Of a stretch of 64,000 nucleotides of DNA, positions 54,341-63,874 are shown one piece after another (position 1 is the stretch's first letter; each line of letters starts with the position of its first letter). Source of the DNA: Sulfurospirillum sp. (lineage in GTDB: Bacteria > Campylobacterota > Campylobacteria > Campylobacterales > Sulfurospirillaceae). Location of the stretch: positions 32,666 through 96,665 of the forward strand of contig JASFYR010000013.1 of the NCBI GenBank assembly GCA_045047115.1. The letters are read 5' to 3'. The notes beneath the pieces are model-generated. The model saw only the letters and a program-made list of their open reading frames with translations, was not told the DNA's origin and searched no databases. The position numbers and the translations under genes are program-made.

Positions 54341-54634
54341 GTGAAAGAAAAATTATTATTTATTTTAATATTATCATCAGCATTACTCTGTGCTGATGGA
54401 GCTGCCATCTACTCTAAATGTGCGAAATGTCATGGTGAAGATGGGAAACATAAGGCATTTGAAAAATCTGCAAGAATAGCAGGCTGGAAAGTCAAACAGA
54501 CAGTAGCCATACTAAATATATTTAAAAATATGTCCAAATATGATAAATTTGCAAGAGTTATGAACAGGCAGGTTTCAAAACTAAGTGACAAAGAGATAGA
54601 AGCCGTAGCAAAATATATATCAAAATTAAAATAA
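54341..54634 (+). CDS. Second c553-like monoheme cytochrome c
   Basis: Signal peptide, CAKCHG and VMNRQV; has its own TATAAT at 54306-54311. Confidence 0.87.
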   Translation: MKEKLLFILILSSALLCADGAAIYSKCAKCHGEDGKHKAFEKSARIAGWKVKQTVAILNIFKNMSKYDKFARVMNRQVSKLSDKEIEAVAKYISKLK

Positions 54635-54874
54635 TTAATCAGGCGGAGAGTAGCTCTTTTCCTTTCTTTTTCTCTCTTCTAAAATCTTTTTCTTTTTCTC
54701 TTCCATCATAACCGCATCTTGGAGTGCTTCTTCACTATCTTGTAAGGCACCATCTATAAATTTGTTTTTATCATCAAATTGTCCAGTCTTTATGCCCCAA
54801 AGCAATGCCCATAAACCAAAACCTCCCAATAAGATGGAAGCGCCTAACATCATAGCTATGATCCATGAACTCAT
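54635..54874 (-). CDS. ccoS: cbb3 oxidase maturation protein
   Basis: TM helix followed by WGIKTGQFDD. Confidence 0.9.
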   Translation of the reverse strand: MSSWIIAMMLGASILLGGFGLWALLWGIKTGQFDDKNKFIDGALQDSEEALQDAVMMEEKKKKILEERKRKEKSYSPPD

Positions 54875-57285
54875 ACTCTCTTCTCCTTTATAGCAAAATT
54901 TATACGCATAGAATTTCCTATCACTAAAAGCGAACTAAGAGACATCGAAAGAGCAGCAAAAAGTGGTATTACATATCCGGCCATCGCTAGTGGAATTGTT
55001 ATGGAATTATATATAGCAGAGAGAATAAGATTTTCCCTGATAGTTCTGTATGTTTTTTTAGATATCAAGAAGGCATAGTAAAGTGAGTTAAATGAACTGT
55101 TCATTAAAACTACATCACTTACATTAAGAGCTACATCTGTACCGCTTCCTAAGGTTATGGCTATCTCACTCTTAGAGAGTGCCAGTGCGTCATTTATACC
55201 ATCTCCTACCATCACCACTTTGTTTCCACTGTTTCTGGCATCTTCTATTATATCTGCTTTTTCATTCGGAAGTAAAGAAGCATAGACTTTCTCTATTCCA
55301 ACAGCATCTGCAATCTTTTTAGCAACTTTTATATTGTCTCCTGTAAGCATAGCAACTTTTATACCCAACTTTTTAATCGCCTCTATATTCTGCTTTGCAT
55401 TATCTCTTGGAGTATCTTCCAATCCAAAAATAGCCACAACTTCACCATTTAGAGCAAAATAAAATTGACTAAACTGTGCAAAATCTTCTTCAAAATCTAT
55501 ACCATTTTCCTTTAGCAAACTTTGGTTTCCACCATAGAGAACAGTTCCTTTGTATTTGGCGCTAATCCCTTTTGCCTCTATAGTTTTTATATCTGTTAAT
55601 TCTAGCACTTCCGCCTCTTCTTCTTCAAAATATTTTGCTATGGCTCTACTGATCGGGTGGGTAGAATTTTTAACCAAAGAGTAAAGTAGTGATCTATCAA
55701 ACTCTTTAAGATATCTCTTTTCTATAATTTTTGGCTTTCCCTCTGTTATAGTTCCTGTCTTATCAAGCATTAGCACATCACACTTTGCCATTGTTTCCAG
55801 AAATGAAGCCTCTTTGAAAAGTATCCCTCTTTTAGCTCCCAGTCCAAGCCCGACAAGAGTAGAAACGGGTGTTGCAAGCCCCAGGGCACAAGGACAAGCT
55901 ATAACAATCACAGAAATAGCAACAATCAAAGAGCGCTCAAACGAACTCCCGTCAAAATACCAAAAAGCAAATGTAGCAACAGCCAAAAGTAAAATAGCAG
56001 TCGAAAAATACCCCGAAATAACATCTGCTATTTTTTGAATTTTTGGTTTTTTATTCATAGAGTCTTCTAATAAAGATGTAATCTTACTTAAAGCAGAAGA
56101 GTGTATATCATTTAATGCAGTATATCTAATCACACTATCAAGACATATATATCCACTTATGACTTTGTCTCCTTTTTTTAAGAAAAGAGGAATAGATTCA
56201 CCGGTTAAACTAGATGTGTCAAAAGAACCCTCGCCAAAATCAATAACTCCATCTATTGCTATCTTTTCACCTGCTTTTACCTCTATAGTATCTCCAACTT
56301 TTACCTCTTCAACACCCAAAAGCATCTTTTCGCCATTTTTGATTATCAGCACTTCAGTCGGAGTAGAGCTATTAAAGCCATCTATCCTATCAACAGCATT
56401 TTTCTTACTCAAAACTTCTAGATATTTACCTGCAAAAACAAAAGTAATTATCATGGTTACAGAATCAAAATAGACCTCTCCTTTATGCGAAAACATAGCA
56501 TAAATAGAGTAAATATAAGCCAAAGATGCCCCAGTTGCCACCAAAATATCCATATTTACATATCTATTTTTTATACCATAATATGCCCCCTTGAAATAGA
56601 CAGATCCTGTATAAAAAAGTGTCGGGGTTGCTAAAACAAACTCTGCAAAATTCAGTATATTTTTTATATCACTCTTCATACCTGTAAAATATCCTGCATA
56701 TTGCGCTATGGCTATCCACATGATATTCATAGTAGTAAAAACTCCAACCAAAAGTCTTGAGTAGTAGTCCCTTCTTGTAGCATTTGCCTGCACTTCTTGC
56801 ATACTTGGATCATAAGGATAAGCATTGTAGCCTATACTTCTTATGGTGAGTATTATCTCTGAGAGTTTGATGGTATCGGAATCCCAAACAACTTTTGCCT
56901 TGTTATTTGTTTGGTTGATGCTAGCTTCAATAATGCCATCTTTTTGGTGTAAAACTTTCTCATTTAACCATACACAAGCAGAACAGTGTATGCCTTCTAT
57001 TATAAGGTATATCTCGTTGAAACCATCTTTGCTTTTTATATATTTTTGATTAAAGCCATCTAGATCAAACTTCTGAACATCTCCCAAATTTTCACTTGCC
57101 GGATCAAGCTTAACATCTCCCATCTTTTCATAAAAATCATCCAATCCTTCACTCTTTAAAAGATGAAAAACACCTTGACACCCCTTGCAACAAAAGTATT
57201 TAGCCCCATCATTAAAACTGTCGTCTTTGACTAAAACTTTCTCATCAAACTCAAGATGACAATGGTCACATCGCCTTTTTTGCAT
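54871..57285 (-). CDS. ccoI: Copper-translocating P1B ATPase for cbb3 oxidase assembly
   Basis: CDHC, FCCKGC, CSAC, CPCAL, DKTGT and GDGIND; adjacent to ccoS. Confidence 0.9.
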   Translation of the reverse strand: MQKRRCDHCHLEFDEKVLVKDDSFNDGAKYFCCKGCQGVFHLLKSEGLDDFYEKMGDVKLDPASENLGDVQKFDLDGFNQKYIKSKDGFNEIYLIIEGIHCSACVWLNEKVLHQKDGIIEASINQTNNKAKVVWDSDTIKLSEIILTIRSIGYNAYPYDPSMQEVQANATRRDYYSRLLVGVFTTMNIMWIAIAQYAGYFTGMKSDIKNILNFAEFVLATPTLFYTGSVYFKGAYYGIKNRYVNMDILVATGASLAYIYSIYAMFSHKGEVYFDSVTMIITFVFAGKYLEVLSKKNAVDRIDGFNSSTPTEVLIIKNGEKMLLGVEEVKVGDTIEVKAGEKIAIDGVIDFGEGSFDTSSLTGESIPLFLKKGDKVISGYICLDSVIRYTALNDIHSSALSKITSLLEDSMNKKPKIQKIADVISGYFSTAILLLAVATFAFWYFDGSSFERSLIVAISVIVIACPCALGLATPVSTLVGLGLGAKRGILFKEASFLETMAKCDVLMLDKTGTITEGKPKIIEKRYLKEFDRSLLYSLVKNSTHPISRAIAKYFEEEEAEVLELTDIKTIEAKGISAKYKGTVLYGGNQSLLKENGIDFEEDFAQFSQFYFALNGEVVAIFGLEDTPRDNAKQNIEAIKKLGIKVAMLTGDNIKVAKKIADAVGIEKVYASLLPNEKADIIEDARNSGNKVVMVGDGINDALALSKSEIAITLGSGTDVALNVSDVVLMNSSFNSLYYAFLISKKTYRTIRENLILSAIYNSITIPLAMAGYVIPLFAALSMSLSSLLVIGNSMRINFAIKEKRV

Positions 57286-57349
57286 AAAAATAATCCTTTA
57301 AACTTAAATTGTTATTATATCGTGACTTGCCTTTGAAGTGCTTAACTTC

Positions 57350-57378
57350 TTGACAAAACTTCTACTTTATTATAAAAT
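57350..57378 (+). promoter_or_regulatory. sigma70 promoter of rho
   Basis: TTGACA (57350-55), 17-bp spacer, TAAAAT (57373-78). Confidence 0.75.
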
Positions 57379-57518
57379 TACAACTAGATTTGCAAAGATA
57401 CTCACTTTGCAAAATATTTTACTTCAATGTGCATAAGATTTTCTACTAAAATTGCGATAAATTAGATTGAAATCAAGCTTCATGGAATGAAAAAACTATC
57501 ATAATAAAGAAGGTAATA

Positions 57519-58847
57519 ATGGGCGCAAACTCATCGTCAGAGCACGGAAAAAACAACAATCACCACAGAAAAACAAGAACACACATACCAGTCGAGGGAT
57601 ATAAGATAGAAAACCTTAGACATATGGCACTTGAAAAACTGGTTGAAATCGCCACAAACCTAAATGTTGAAAATCCAAACGAACTAAAAAGACAAGATTT
57701 GATGTTTGAAATACTAAAATCTCAAGTCAACAAGGGAGGATTTATACTTTTTACAGGTATCTTGGAAATCACCCATGAGGGATATGGATTTTTAAGAACC
57801 ACAGATGCAAACTTTAGTGATAGCGCAAACGATGCCTATGTAAGCGCTACACAAGTGAGAAAATTTGCACTAAGAACTGGCGACATCGTCACAGGTCAGG
57901 TAAGACCGCCCAAAGAACAAGAGAGATATTATGCACTTTTAAAAATTGAGGCTATAAACTATCTTCCTATGCAAGAGAGTAGAAGAAGACCTCTTTTTGA
58001 AAACCTGACACCTCTATACCCAACAGAAAAAATAAAACTGGAATATGACCCAATGAAGATAACTGGTAGAGTTTTAGATCTCTTTACTCCAATTGGAAAA
58101 GGACAAAGAGGTCTGATAGTAGCCCCTCCAAGAAGCGGAAAAACTGAGCTCATGAAAGAGTTGGCTCACGGCATCTCTCACAACCATCCTGAAGTTGAAC
58201 TTATAGTTTTACTGGTTGATGAGAGACCTGAAGAGGTAACCGATATGCAAAGAAGTGTCAAAGGCGAAGTCTATAGTTCAACTTTTGATATGCCGGCTTC
58301 CAACCATGTAAGGGTTGCAAATCTCGTCATAGAAAAAGCAAAAAGACGAGTAGAAATGGGAAAAGATGTGGTTATACTGCTTGATTCTATCACTAGACTC
58401 GCTCGAGCTTATAATACTGTAACTCCATCTAGTGGTAAAATTCTAAGTGGTGGTGTCGATGCAAATGCTCTTCATAAACCAAAAAGATTTTTTGGAGCTG
58501 CTAGAAATATTGAAAACGGTGGAAGCCTCACAATCATATCAACAGCTTTGATAGAAACCGGCAGTAGAATGGATGAAGTTATTTTTGAAGAATTCAAAGG
58601 AACAGGAAATAGTGAAGTTGTACTTGATAGAAATATATCTGATAGAAGAATATATCCGGCTATAAATATAATGAAATCAGCAACAAGAAAAGAGGAGCTT
58701 CTAATCACACCTGACACACTACAAAAGATCTGGGCAATCAGATCAGCAATAGCACAGATGGAAGACATAGAAGCACTAAAATTTCTATATGCTAAAATGC
58801 TAAAAACAAAAGATAATAAAGAGCTACTCTCTACTCTAAACGACTAA
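57519..58847 (+). CDS. rho: Transcription termination factor Rho
   Basis: [30 protein letters not shown] and EEFKGTGN. Confidence 0.98.
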   Translation: MGANSSSEHGKNNNHHRKTRTHIPVEGYKIENLRHMALEKLVEIATNLNVENPNELKRQDLMFEILKSQVNKGGFILFTGILEITHEGYGFLRTTDANFSDSANDAYVSATQVRKFALRTGDIVTGQVRPPKEQERYYALLKIEAINYLPMQESRRRPLFENLTPLYPTEKIKLEYDPMKITGRVLDLFTPIGKGQRGLIVAPPRSGKTELMKELAHGISHNHPEVELIVLLVDERPEEVTDMQRSVKGEVYSSTFDMPASNHVRVANLVIEKAKRRVEMGKDVVILLDSITRLARAYNTVTPSSGKILSGGVDANALHKPKRFFGAARNIENGGSLTIISTALIETGSRMDEVIFEEFKGTGNSEVVLDRNISDRRIYPAINIMKSATRKEELLITPDTLQKIWAIRSAIAQMEDIEALKFLYAKMLKTKDNKELLSTLND

Positions 58848-58848
58848 C

Positions 58849-58887
58849 TAATTGGACTCTACACACAAAATGCGTAAGGTCCAATTA
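58849..58887. terminator. Hairpin between rho and a convergent small ORF
   Basis: Perfect 9-bp arms TAATTGGAC/GTCCAATTA with further imperfect internal pairing. Confidence 0.6.
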
Positions 58888-58889
58888 AT

Positions 58890-59006
58890 TTATCTATTTT
58901 TTGAGGCTCTGTGAAAAGGATTTTGGTAATCTGTCTTTTCGCAACCTGAAAAAAATACTCCAACGCCAAAAATTAAAAATGAAAGTATTAAAAATTTTTT
59001 TATCAT
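58890..59006 (-). CDS. Small lipoprotein (38 aa, not in ORF track)
   Basis: GAGG SD; MIKKFLILSFLIFGVGVFFSGCEKTDYQNPFHRASKNR with lipobox FSGC. Confidence 0.7.
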   Translation of the reverse strand: MIKKFLILSFLIFGVGVFFSGCEKTDYQNPFHRASKNR

Positions 59007-59073
59007 AACTGCCTCTAATTTTTTTTAAGATATAATAGTAGCATAAAATCAGATAAACATAAAGGTTTCCAAA

Positions 59074-60696
59074 TTGTCTCAAGTTTTAGCATTAAAATAT
59101 CGACCAAAAACATTTGATGGTCTTATAGGTCAAAATTCTGTCACGCAAACACTCACTCTTGCCCTTAATCAAAACAGACTCTCGCATGCCTATTTGTTTT
59201 CAGGACTAAGAGGAAGCGGAAAAACATCAACTGCCAGAATTTTTTCAAAAGCTCTCATATGCGAAAATGGGCCGACTGCAACGCCTTGCGAAGAGTGTGA
59301 AAATTGCAAAATGGCAAATGAAAACAGACATATAGACATCATAGAGATGGATGCTGCAAGCAGCAGAAAGATAGATGATATACGGGAGCTGATAGAGCAC
59401 ACAAAATATAAACCAAACAGTGCAAGATTTAAGATTTTTATCATTGATGAAGTACATATGTTGACCAAAGAGGCATTTAATGCGCTTTTAAAAACACTCG
59501 AAGAGCCTCCTTCTTATGTAAAATTTATACTAGCGACCACAGACCCTTTAAAACTACCCCCGACTATACTTTCAAGAACGCAACACTTTAGATTTAAGCA
59601 AATAGGCGAAAAAGATGTGATAAATCACCTCTCTCATATCTTAAATCTAGAAGATGTGAAGTACGAAACAGCGGCCCTAAAGATGCTCAGTCGCGCAGGA
59701 AATGGTTCGCTCAGAGATACACTGACTCTTCTTGATCAAGCTATAATATTTTCAAAATCAGACATAACAGCTCCATCTATTGCATCGATGCTTGGCCTGC
59801 TTGATCCACAAGAGCTAGATCTTATATTTGATACTATTTTATCAAAAGATAAAGAAGAGACTATTAAAATCATAAAAGAGCTTGAAAGCTATGAGTGCGA
59901 AGTAGTGCTCGATGAAATCATCGCCTACCTTAAAAATGCTTTTTTTGAAGGCACGGGAAAATTCTCCACACTTTTAATTGAAAGATTTTTTAGAATTCTC
60001 AGTGAAGCAAAAAATTTACTCTATCTAAATGCAGACAACTCTTTTGTACTATCTCTTGTATTTTTTAAAATGATAGAGGCTACAAATATAAAAACAATTG
60101 ATGAGATAATAGAAAATCTTGAAAATGAAAAATTTAGAGTTGAACCAGGAGTTAAAAAATTATTTGACAAGCCATCAAATCCTCTGCAGACTACCACTGG
60201 AAAAAGAGAAGAGATACAAGAACCACAAAAGACAAAAACTTACCAAAGTGAATTTATAAAATTGATCTCTCTTTTAAAAGACAGAAATCTAGATACCGGG
60301 AACTGTTTTGAAAAATCAATTAAACTTATAGATTTCAAGGATAAAATTTTATTCTTAGAGTCAAGTGCAGATGAATCTTGCAAAAAAATTCTACGCCATG
60401 CTTCAAGCATCATAAAACATTTTGTTCAAGAAACTTTTGGAATAGACACTACGATAAAAATGCAAAAAAGCAAACCCACAAACATATCTAAAAAGGAAAA
60501 ACAAAAACCAGTTGAAAATAAAGAGCTGTCAATCTCAAGCCAAACTGAGGAAGAAAATTGCGGTAGTTGTGTAGCTGAACACTTAACAAAAGACAAAGGC
60601 GAAATTGATGCCAATGAAATCTTAGGAAACCCATTTATAAAAAAAGCAACCGATCTTTTTGAACCCAAGAAGATAGAGATACACCCTAAAATATAG
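59074..60696 (+). CDS. dnaX: DNA polymerase III subunit gamma/tau
   Basis: LALKYRP, GLRGSGKT, zinc-binding Cys cluster, IIDEVHML and SRTQ. Confidence 0.96.
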   Translation: MSQVLALKYRPKTFDGLIGQNSVTQTLTLALNQNRLSHAYLFSGLRGSGKTSTARIFSKALICENGPTATPCEECENCKMANENRHIDIIEMDAASSRKIDDIRELIEHTKYKPNSARFKIFIIDEVHMLTKEAFNALLKTLEEPPSYVKFILATTDPLKLPPTILSRTQHFRFKQIGEKDVINHLSHILNLEDVKYETAALKMLSRAGNGSLRDTLTLLDQAIIFSKSDITAPSIASMLGLLDPQELDLIFDTILSKDKEETIKIIKELESYECEVVLDEIIAYLKNAFFEGTGKFSTLLIERFFRILSEAKNLLYLNADNSFVLSLVFFKMIEATNIKTIDEIIENLENEKFRVEPGVKKLFDKPSNPLQTTTGKREEIQEPQKTKTYQSEFIKLISLLKDRNLDTGNCFEKSIKLIDFKDKILFLESSADESCKKILRHASSIIKHFVQETFGIDTTIKMQKSKPTNISKKEKQKPVENKELSISSQTEEENCGSCVAEHLTKDKGEIDANEILGNPFIKKATDLFEPKKIEIHPKI

Positions 60697-60789
60697 TGTG
60701 TAAGGTCAGATTATAATTTTTAGAACAAAATAACAAACAAATCTCATCATGTGTATGTATTAGCTATAAGTACCTAACCACAAAGATTT

Positions 60790-61362
60790 TTAAAGTTTTA
60801 CCCTTAAATCCATCGCTTTCGATAAAGAGAGCATATCAACATTTTCCAGGTGTACTCCGGTAGGAACACCTTGAGCTATTTTTGTAAATGATATATCAAA
60901 TGCTTCTAATTGATCCTCTACAAAAAGCATAACCGCATCATTTGACAAAGATGGCGTAAGAGCAAATATCATCTCCCTAACATCATCATCAGCTATCTCT
61001 TTAAGTTTAGAAATGGTATCTTTTTCCAAGTTCTCCAACACAAAATATTTTCCGTCAAAAAGAGCATTTTCTTCAAGTACAAATATATCCTTTGCATTTT
61101 CTACTATACATATCTTACTTTTATCTCTTTGCTCATCCAAGCAAATTTCACAAATTTCATTTTCACTGATTGCTCCGCATATCTGACATTTTTTGATAGA
61201 CTTAACTGCACTTTCTATTGCATTTGAGAGTTTCATTGCTAAAAAAGTATCATTTAAAACCAGATGATAGGCAAATCTAAGAGCAGACTTTTTTCCGATG
61301 GTAGGAATTGCCTCAAAAGCCTCAACAAGATTGTCAAACTTCTCTAGTTTATGTTTTAGCAT
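60790..61362 (-). CDS. recR: Recombination mediator RecR
   Basis: PTIGKKSA, C4 zinc finger CQICG...CEIC, Toprim domain and IAQGVPTG. Confidence 0.95.
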   Translation of the reverse strand: MLKHKLEKFDNLVEAFEAIPTIGKKSALRFAYHLVLNDTFLAMKLSNAIESAVKSIKKCQICGAISENEICEICLDEQRDKSKICIVENAKDIFVLEENALFDGKYFVLENLEKDTISKLKEIADDDVREMIFALTPSLSNDAVMLFVEDQLEAFDISFTKIAQGVPTGVHLENVDMLSLSKAMDLRVKL

Positions 61363-62614
61363 TTGCACTTCTCCTTTGATGAGAATTTTTTGTAATTATT
61401 TTAAATTGGTGGATACTCTTATCCTCAAAATAGGTATACTCCAGTGTAAAATTATGTAATTGTATGATATTTTTCACTATATACAGACCCAAACCCAAGC
61501 CTTTTTTGAGATTTCCGGAAACAAATGGTTTAAAATACTCATCTATGCTCAAAGGTAGTTTATTCCCTATATTTTCAAATATAATGGCCTGCTCTTCGGT
61601 TCTAACCTCTACTTTTTTATTGCTACTGTGTTTTATAGCATTGTCCATCAGATTTTTCATAGCCAGCGCCATTAGTTCAAAATCAGCCTTTATATCAAAA
61701 TCACTCTGTATATCTACTTCAACAACTTCATCTCTTTTTTCACTGTCTAACATCAACAGATCTATACTGTGCTCCATGATATGCACCAAATTATACTCTC
61801 TAAAATTAGGCGTATAGCTTTTTGAAACTAACTGTTCTATCTTGGAAAACTCATTTATCAAAATCTCCAATCTCTCAAAGATAGCTATAAGCCTCTTTTT
61901 TGCTTTTTCATCTTCAAGCATCTCTGAGACAATTCTACCCTTACCTATGGGAGTCTTTAACTCGTGCATTATAGTTCTTAAAAAAAGCTGTCTTGAATTC
62001 ATCAAAGCTGAAATCTTACGAACAGCTTCGTCAAACTCGTTTGCCACCTCAGCAATCTCATCATCCTGGTCACTTTTACAGTCTATTTGCATATTTCCGC
62101 TGGCAAATTCCCTTATCTTAAAACTCAATTCTTTAAGCGGGGAGATACTTCTTAAGATTGATACATACATAGATATAAAGATAATCAACGCAATTATAAA
62201 ACCTATCCAGAGCTGCTCATCATTGCTTTTAACACCCTGACTTTCCAAAAGGACACTTGCCATCATATTATCTACAAGCAGATAGTATCTGTCATTATAT
62301 TTTATAGATGAAAATCTGTTAAAATTGATGGACTTTCTAAACAGAACGATACCCTTTGAGAGTACAGCATCTTTAAGTGCCGGATTTTTGATCTTTTTTA
62401 GACCAAATGTATGAAAATAGTCCTCTATATTTCTAGGTGTGTAGTTATTACGATAGAGCGTAAAAAGATAGTTGACAGATTGAAACTGTCTTTGCTTCAT
62501 ATACTCTATATTTTTTTCATCCTGGTATCTCACCAAAAGAGTAAAGAACATACCCAGAAGCACAAGCGAAAAGACAAATATTATAGTTATTTTTGTGCTC
62601 AGAGATTGTCTCAT
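61349..62614 (-). CDS. racS: Sensor histidine kinase, RacS-like
   Basis: Two TM helices, HAMP, MHELKTP and GLGLGL; racR-racS-recR order. Confidence 0.75.
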   Translation of the reverse strand: MRQSLSTKITIIFVFSLVLLGMFFTLLVRYQDEKNIEYMKQRQFQSVNYLFTLYRNNYTPRNIEDYFHTFGLKKIKNPALKDAVLSKGIVLFRKSINFNRFSSIKYNDRYYLLVDNMMASVLLESQGVKSNDEQLWIGFIIALIIFISMYVSILRSISPLKELSFKIREFASGNMQIDCKSDQDDEIAEVANEFDEAVRKISALMNSRQLFLRTIMHELKTPIGKGRIVSEMLEDEKAKKRLIAIFERLEILINEFSKIEQLVSKSYTPNFREYNLVHIMEHSIDLLMLDSEKRDEVVEVDIQSDFDIKADFELMALAMKNLMDNAIKHSSNKKVEVRTEEQAIIFENIGNKLPLSIDEYFKPFVSGNLKKGLGLGLYIVKNIIQLHNFTLEYTYFEDKSIHQFKIITKNSHQRRSANAKT

Positions 62615-63291
62615 CCGACCAACTTATACCCGATACCCCTTACAGAGTGTATATATTTTGGACTTTTAGAGCTGTCTCCTATCTTGCTTCTGAGTCGTCC
62701 CATTATGACATCCAAACTCTTACTGCCTTTATCTTTTAAGGAGTTGCAATTATACACTAGCTGCTCTCTGGATATTGAGTATCCATTGTGTTTTACCATA
62801 TATGATAAGATTTCATACTCGGCCGGGGTGAGATTAAGGGCAACTTCATTTAAAAATATCTGATGTCTCTTCTCATCAACTCTAAAATCACTATCATTTC
62901 CTGCTCCTGTAGCGTCTCCTTGTGATTTTGACTTTTTGTACCTTCTAATCAGACTCTGGATTCTAGCATACATCTCTTTTGGATCATAAGGTTTTGGCAG
63001 GTAGTCATCTGCACCTAATTGAAGACCTATAACCTTGTCGCTTATATCACTTCTTGCACTTGAGATTATGATAGGTATATCATATCTCTCTACCACTTCT
63101 TTACAAACCTCAAGACCATCAATTCCAGGCAGAGTCAAATCAAGTATCAGTAAGTCATAATTTTTAATTCCGGCACTAAGACCTAAATACGGGTCCTCGT
63201 AGTTTGTTATTTTTATATTGTATTTTGCCAAATATTCACTCAAAATCTCAGCAAACTCCGTATCATCTTCTATCATAAGTACATTTATCAT
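62611..63291 (-). CDS. racR: OmpR-family response regulator, RacR-like
   Basis: MINVLMIEDD...LDLTLPGIDG...GADDYLPKPYDPKEMYARI...VRGIGY; closely resembles Campylobacter RacR. Confidence 0.8.
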   Translation of the reverse strand: MINVLMIEDDTEFAEILSEYLAKYNIKITNYEDPYLGLSAGIKNYDLLILDLTLPGIDGLEVCKEVVERYDIPIIISSARSDISDKVIGLQLGADDYLPKPYDPKEMYARIQSLIRRYKKSKSQGDATGAGNDSDFRVDEKRHQIFLNEVALNLTPAEYEILSYMVKHNGYSISREQLVYNCNSLKDKGSKSLDVIMGRLRSKIGDSSKSPKYIHSVRGIGYKLVG

Positions 63292-63318
63292 GCTTAAACC
63301 TTCAAATAAGTTTATGCA

Positions 63319-63327
63319 ATTATACCA
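63319..63327 (-). promoter_or_regulatory. Extended -10 promoter for racR
   Basis: TGGTATAAT on the minus strand, then GAAGG SD. Confidence 0.6.
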
Positions 63328-63333
63328 TTTTAT

Positions 63334-63372
63334 GTTTAAGGATATCTCTAATAGTACGCGATATCCTTAAAC
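63334..63372 (-). terminator. Hairpin downstream of the Spy/CpxP-like gene
   Basis: Perfect 13-bp arms GTTTAAGGATATC/GATATCCTTAAAC. Confidence 0.65.
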
Positions 63373-63379
63373 TGATAAT

Positions 63380-63874
63380 TTATCCTGCTATGTTTTTCTT
63401 TAGCTGTGCTATTTGCTCTTTCGTGAGAGTATTAAAGATTTTTTCCATACTATTGGCTTTTATGTCGAGCATTTTTTTATGCATTTCATTCATATGCTTT
63501 TTAAATGCCGCCTTATCAAAACCACCAACCGTAATAAAATTCAACATCTCTTTTCTTCTGTCCGGCCCCATGAGCTTTTTCATATCTAGCTTCATCTCAT
63601 CTCGTATTATCGAGATTTTATATCTTTGATTTTCATCTAAATTTAGATTTTTAAACATACTCATCATCCTGGAGTGATGTCCCATCATGCCTCTTTGGAA
63701 CATAATTCTTTGTTTATTCATCATCATACCTCTTTGTTGTTGCATGGCTGAATTTGACCCCATATTTCCCTGATTCATCATAGTATTTTGATCTTGAGCA
63801 TTACCTCCGTAAGCATAACCTGCTATAGATAAAACACTTACCAACAATCCTGTAACTAAAATTTTCTTCTTCAT
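63380..63874 (-). CDS. Spy/CpxP/ZraP-family periplasmic protein with Met-rich N-terminus
   Basis: Signal peptide; LNLDENQ and LTKEQ (LTxxQ-type) motifs; AAGGAG SD. Confidence 0.82.
   Translation of the reverse strand: MKKKILVTGLLVSVLSIAGYAYGGNAQDQNTMMNQGNMGSNSAMQQQRGMMMNKQRIMFQRGMMGHHSRMMSMFKNLNLDENQRYKISIIRDEMKLDMKKLMGPDRRKEMLNFITVGGFDKAAFKKHMNEMHKKMLDIKANSMEKIFNTLTKEQIAQLKKNIAG

Noticed and set aside
58894..59082. 62-aa minus-strand ORF from the track
   Set aside because: It overlaps the dnaX start and has no recognisable features; a different frame (58890-59006) has an SD and a lipoprotein signal.
60460..60472. AAAAAAG heptamer in dnaX as an E. coli-type -1 frameshift site
   Set aside because: It reads ATG CAA AAA AGC, so the heptamer is not in the X XXY YYZ phase, and I see no downstream stimulatory hairpin.
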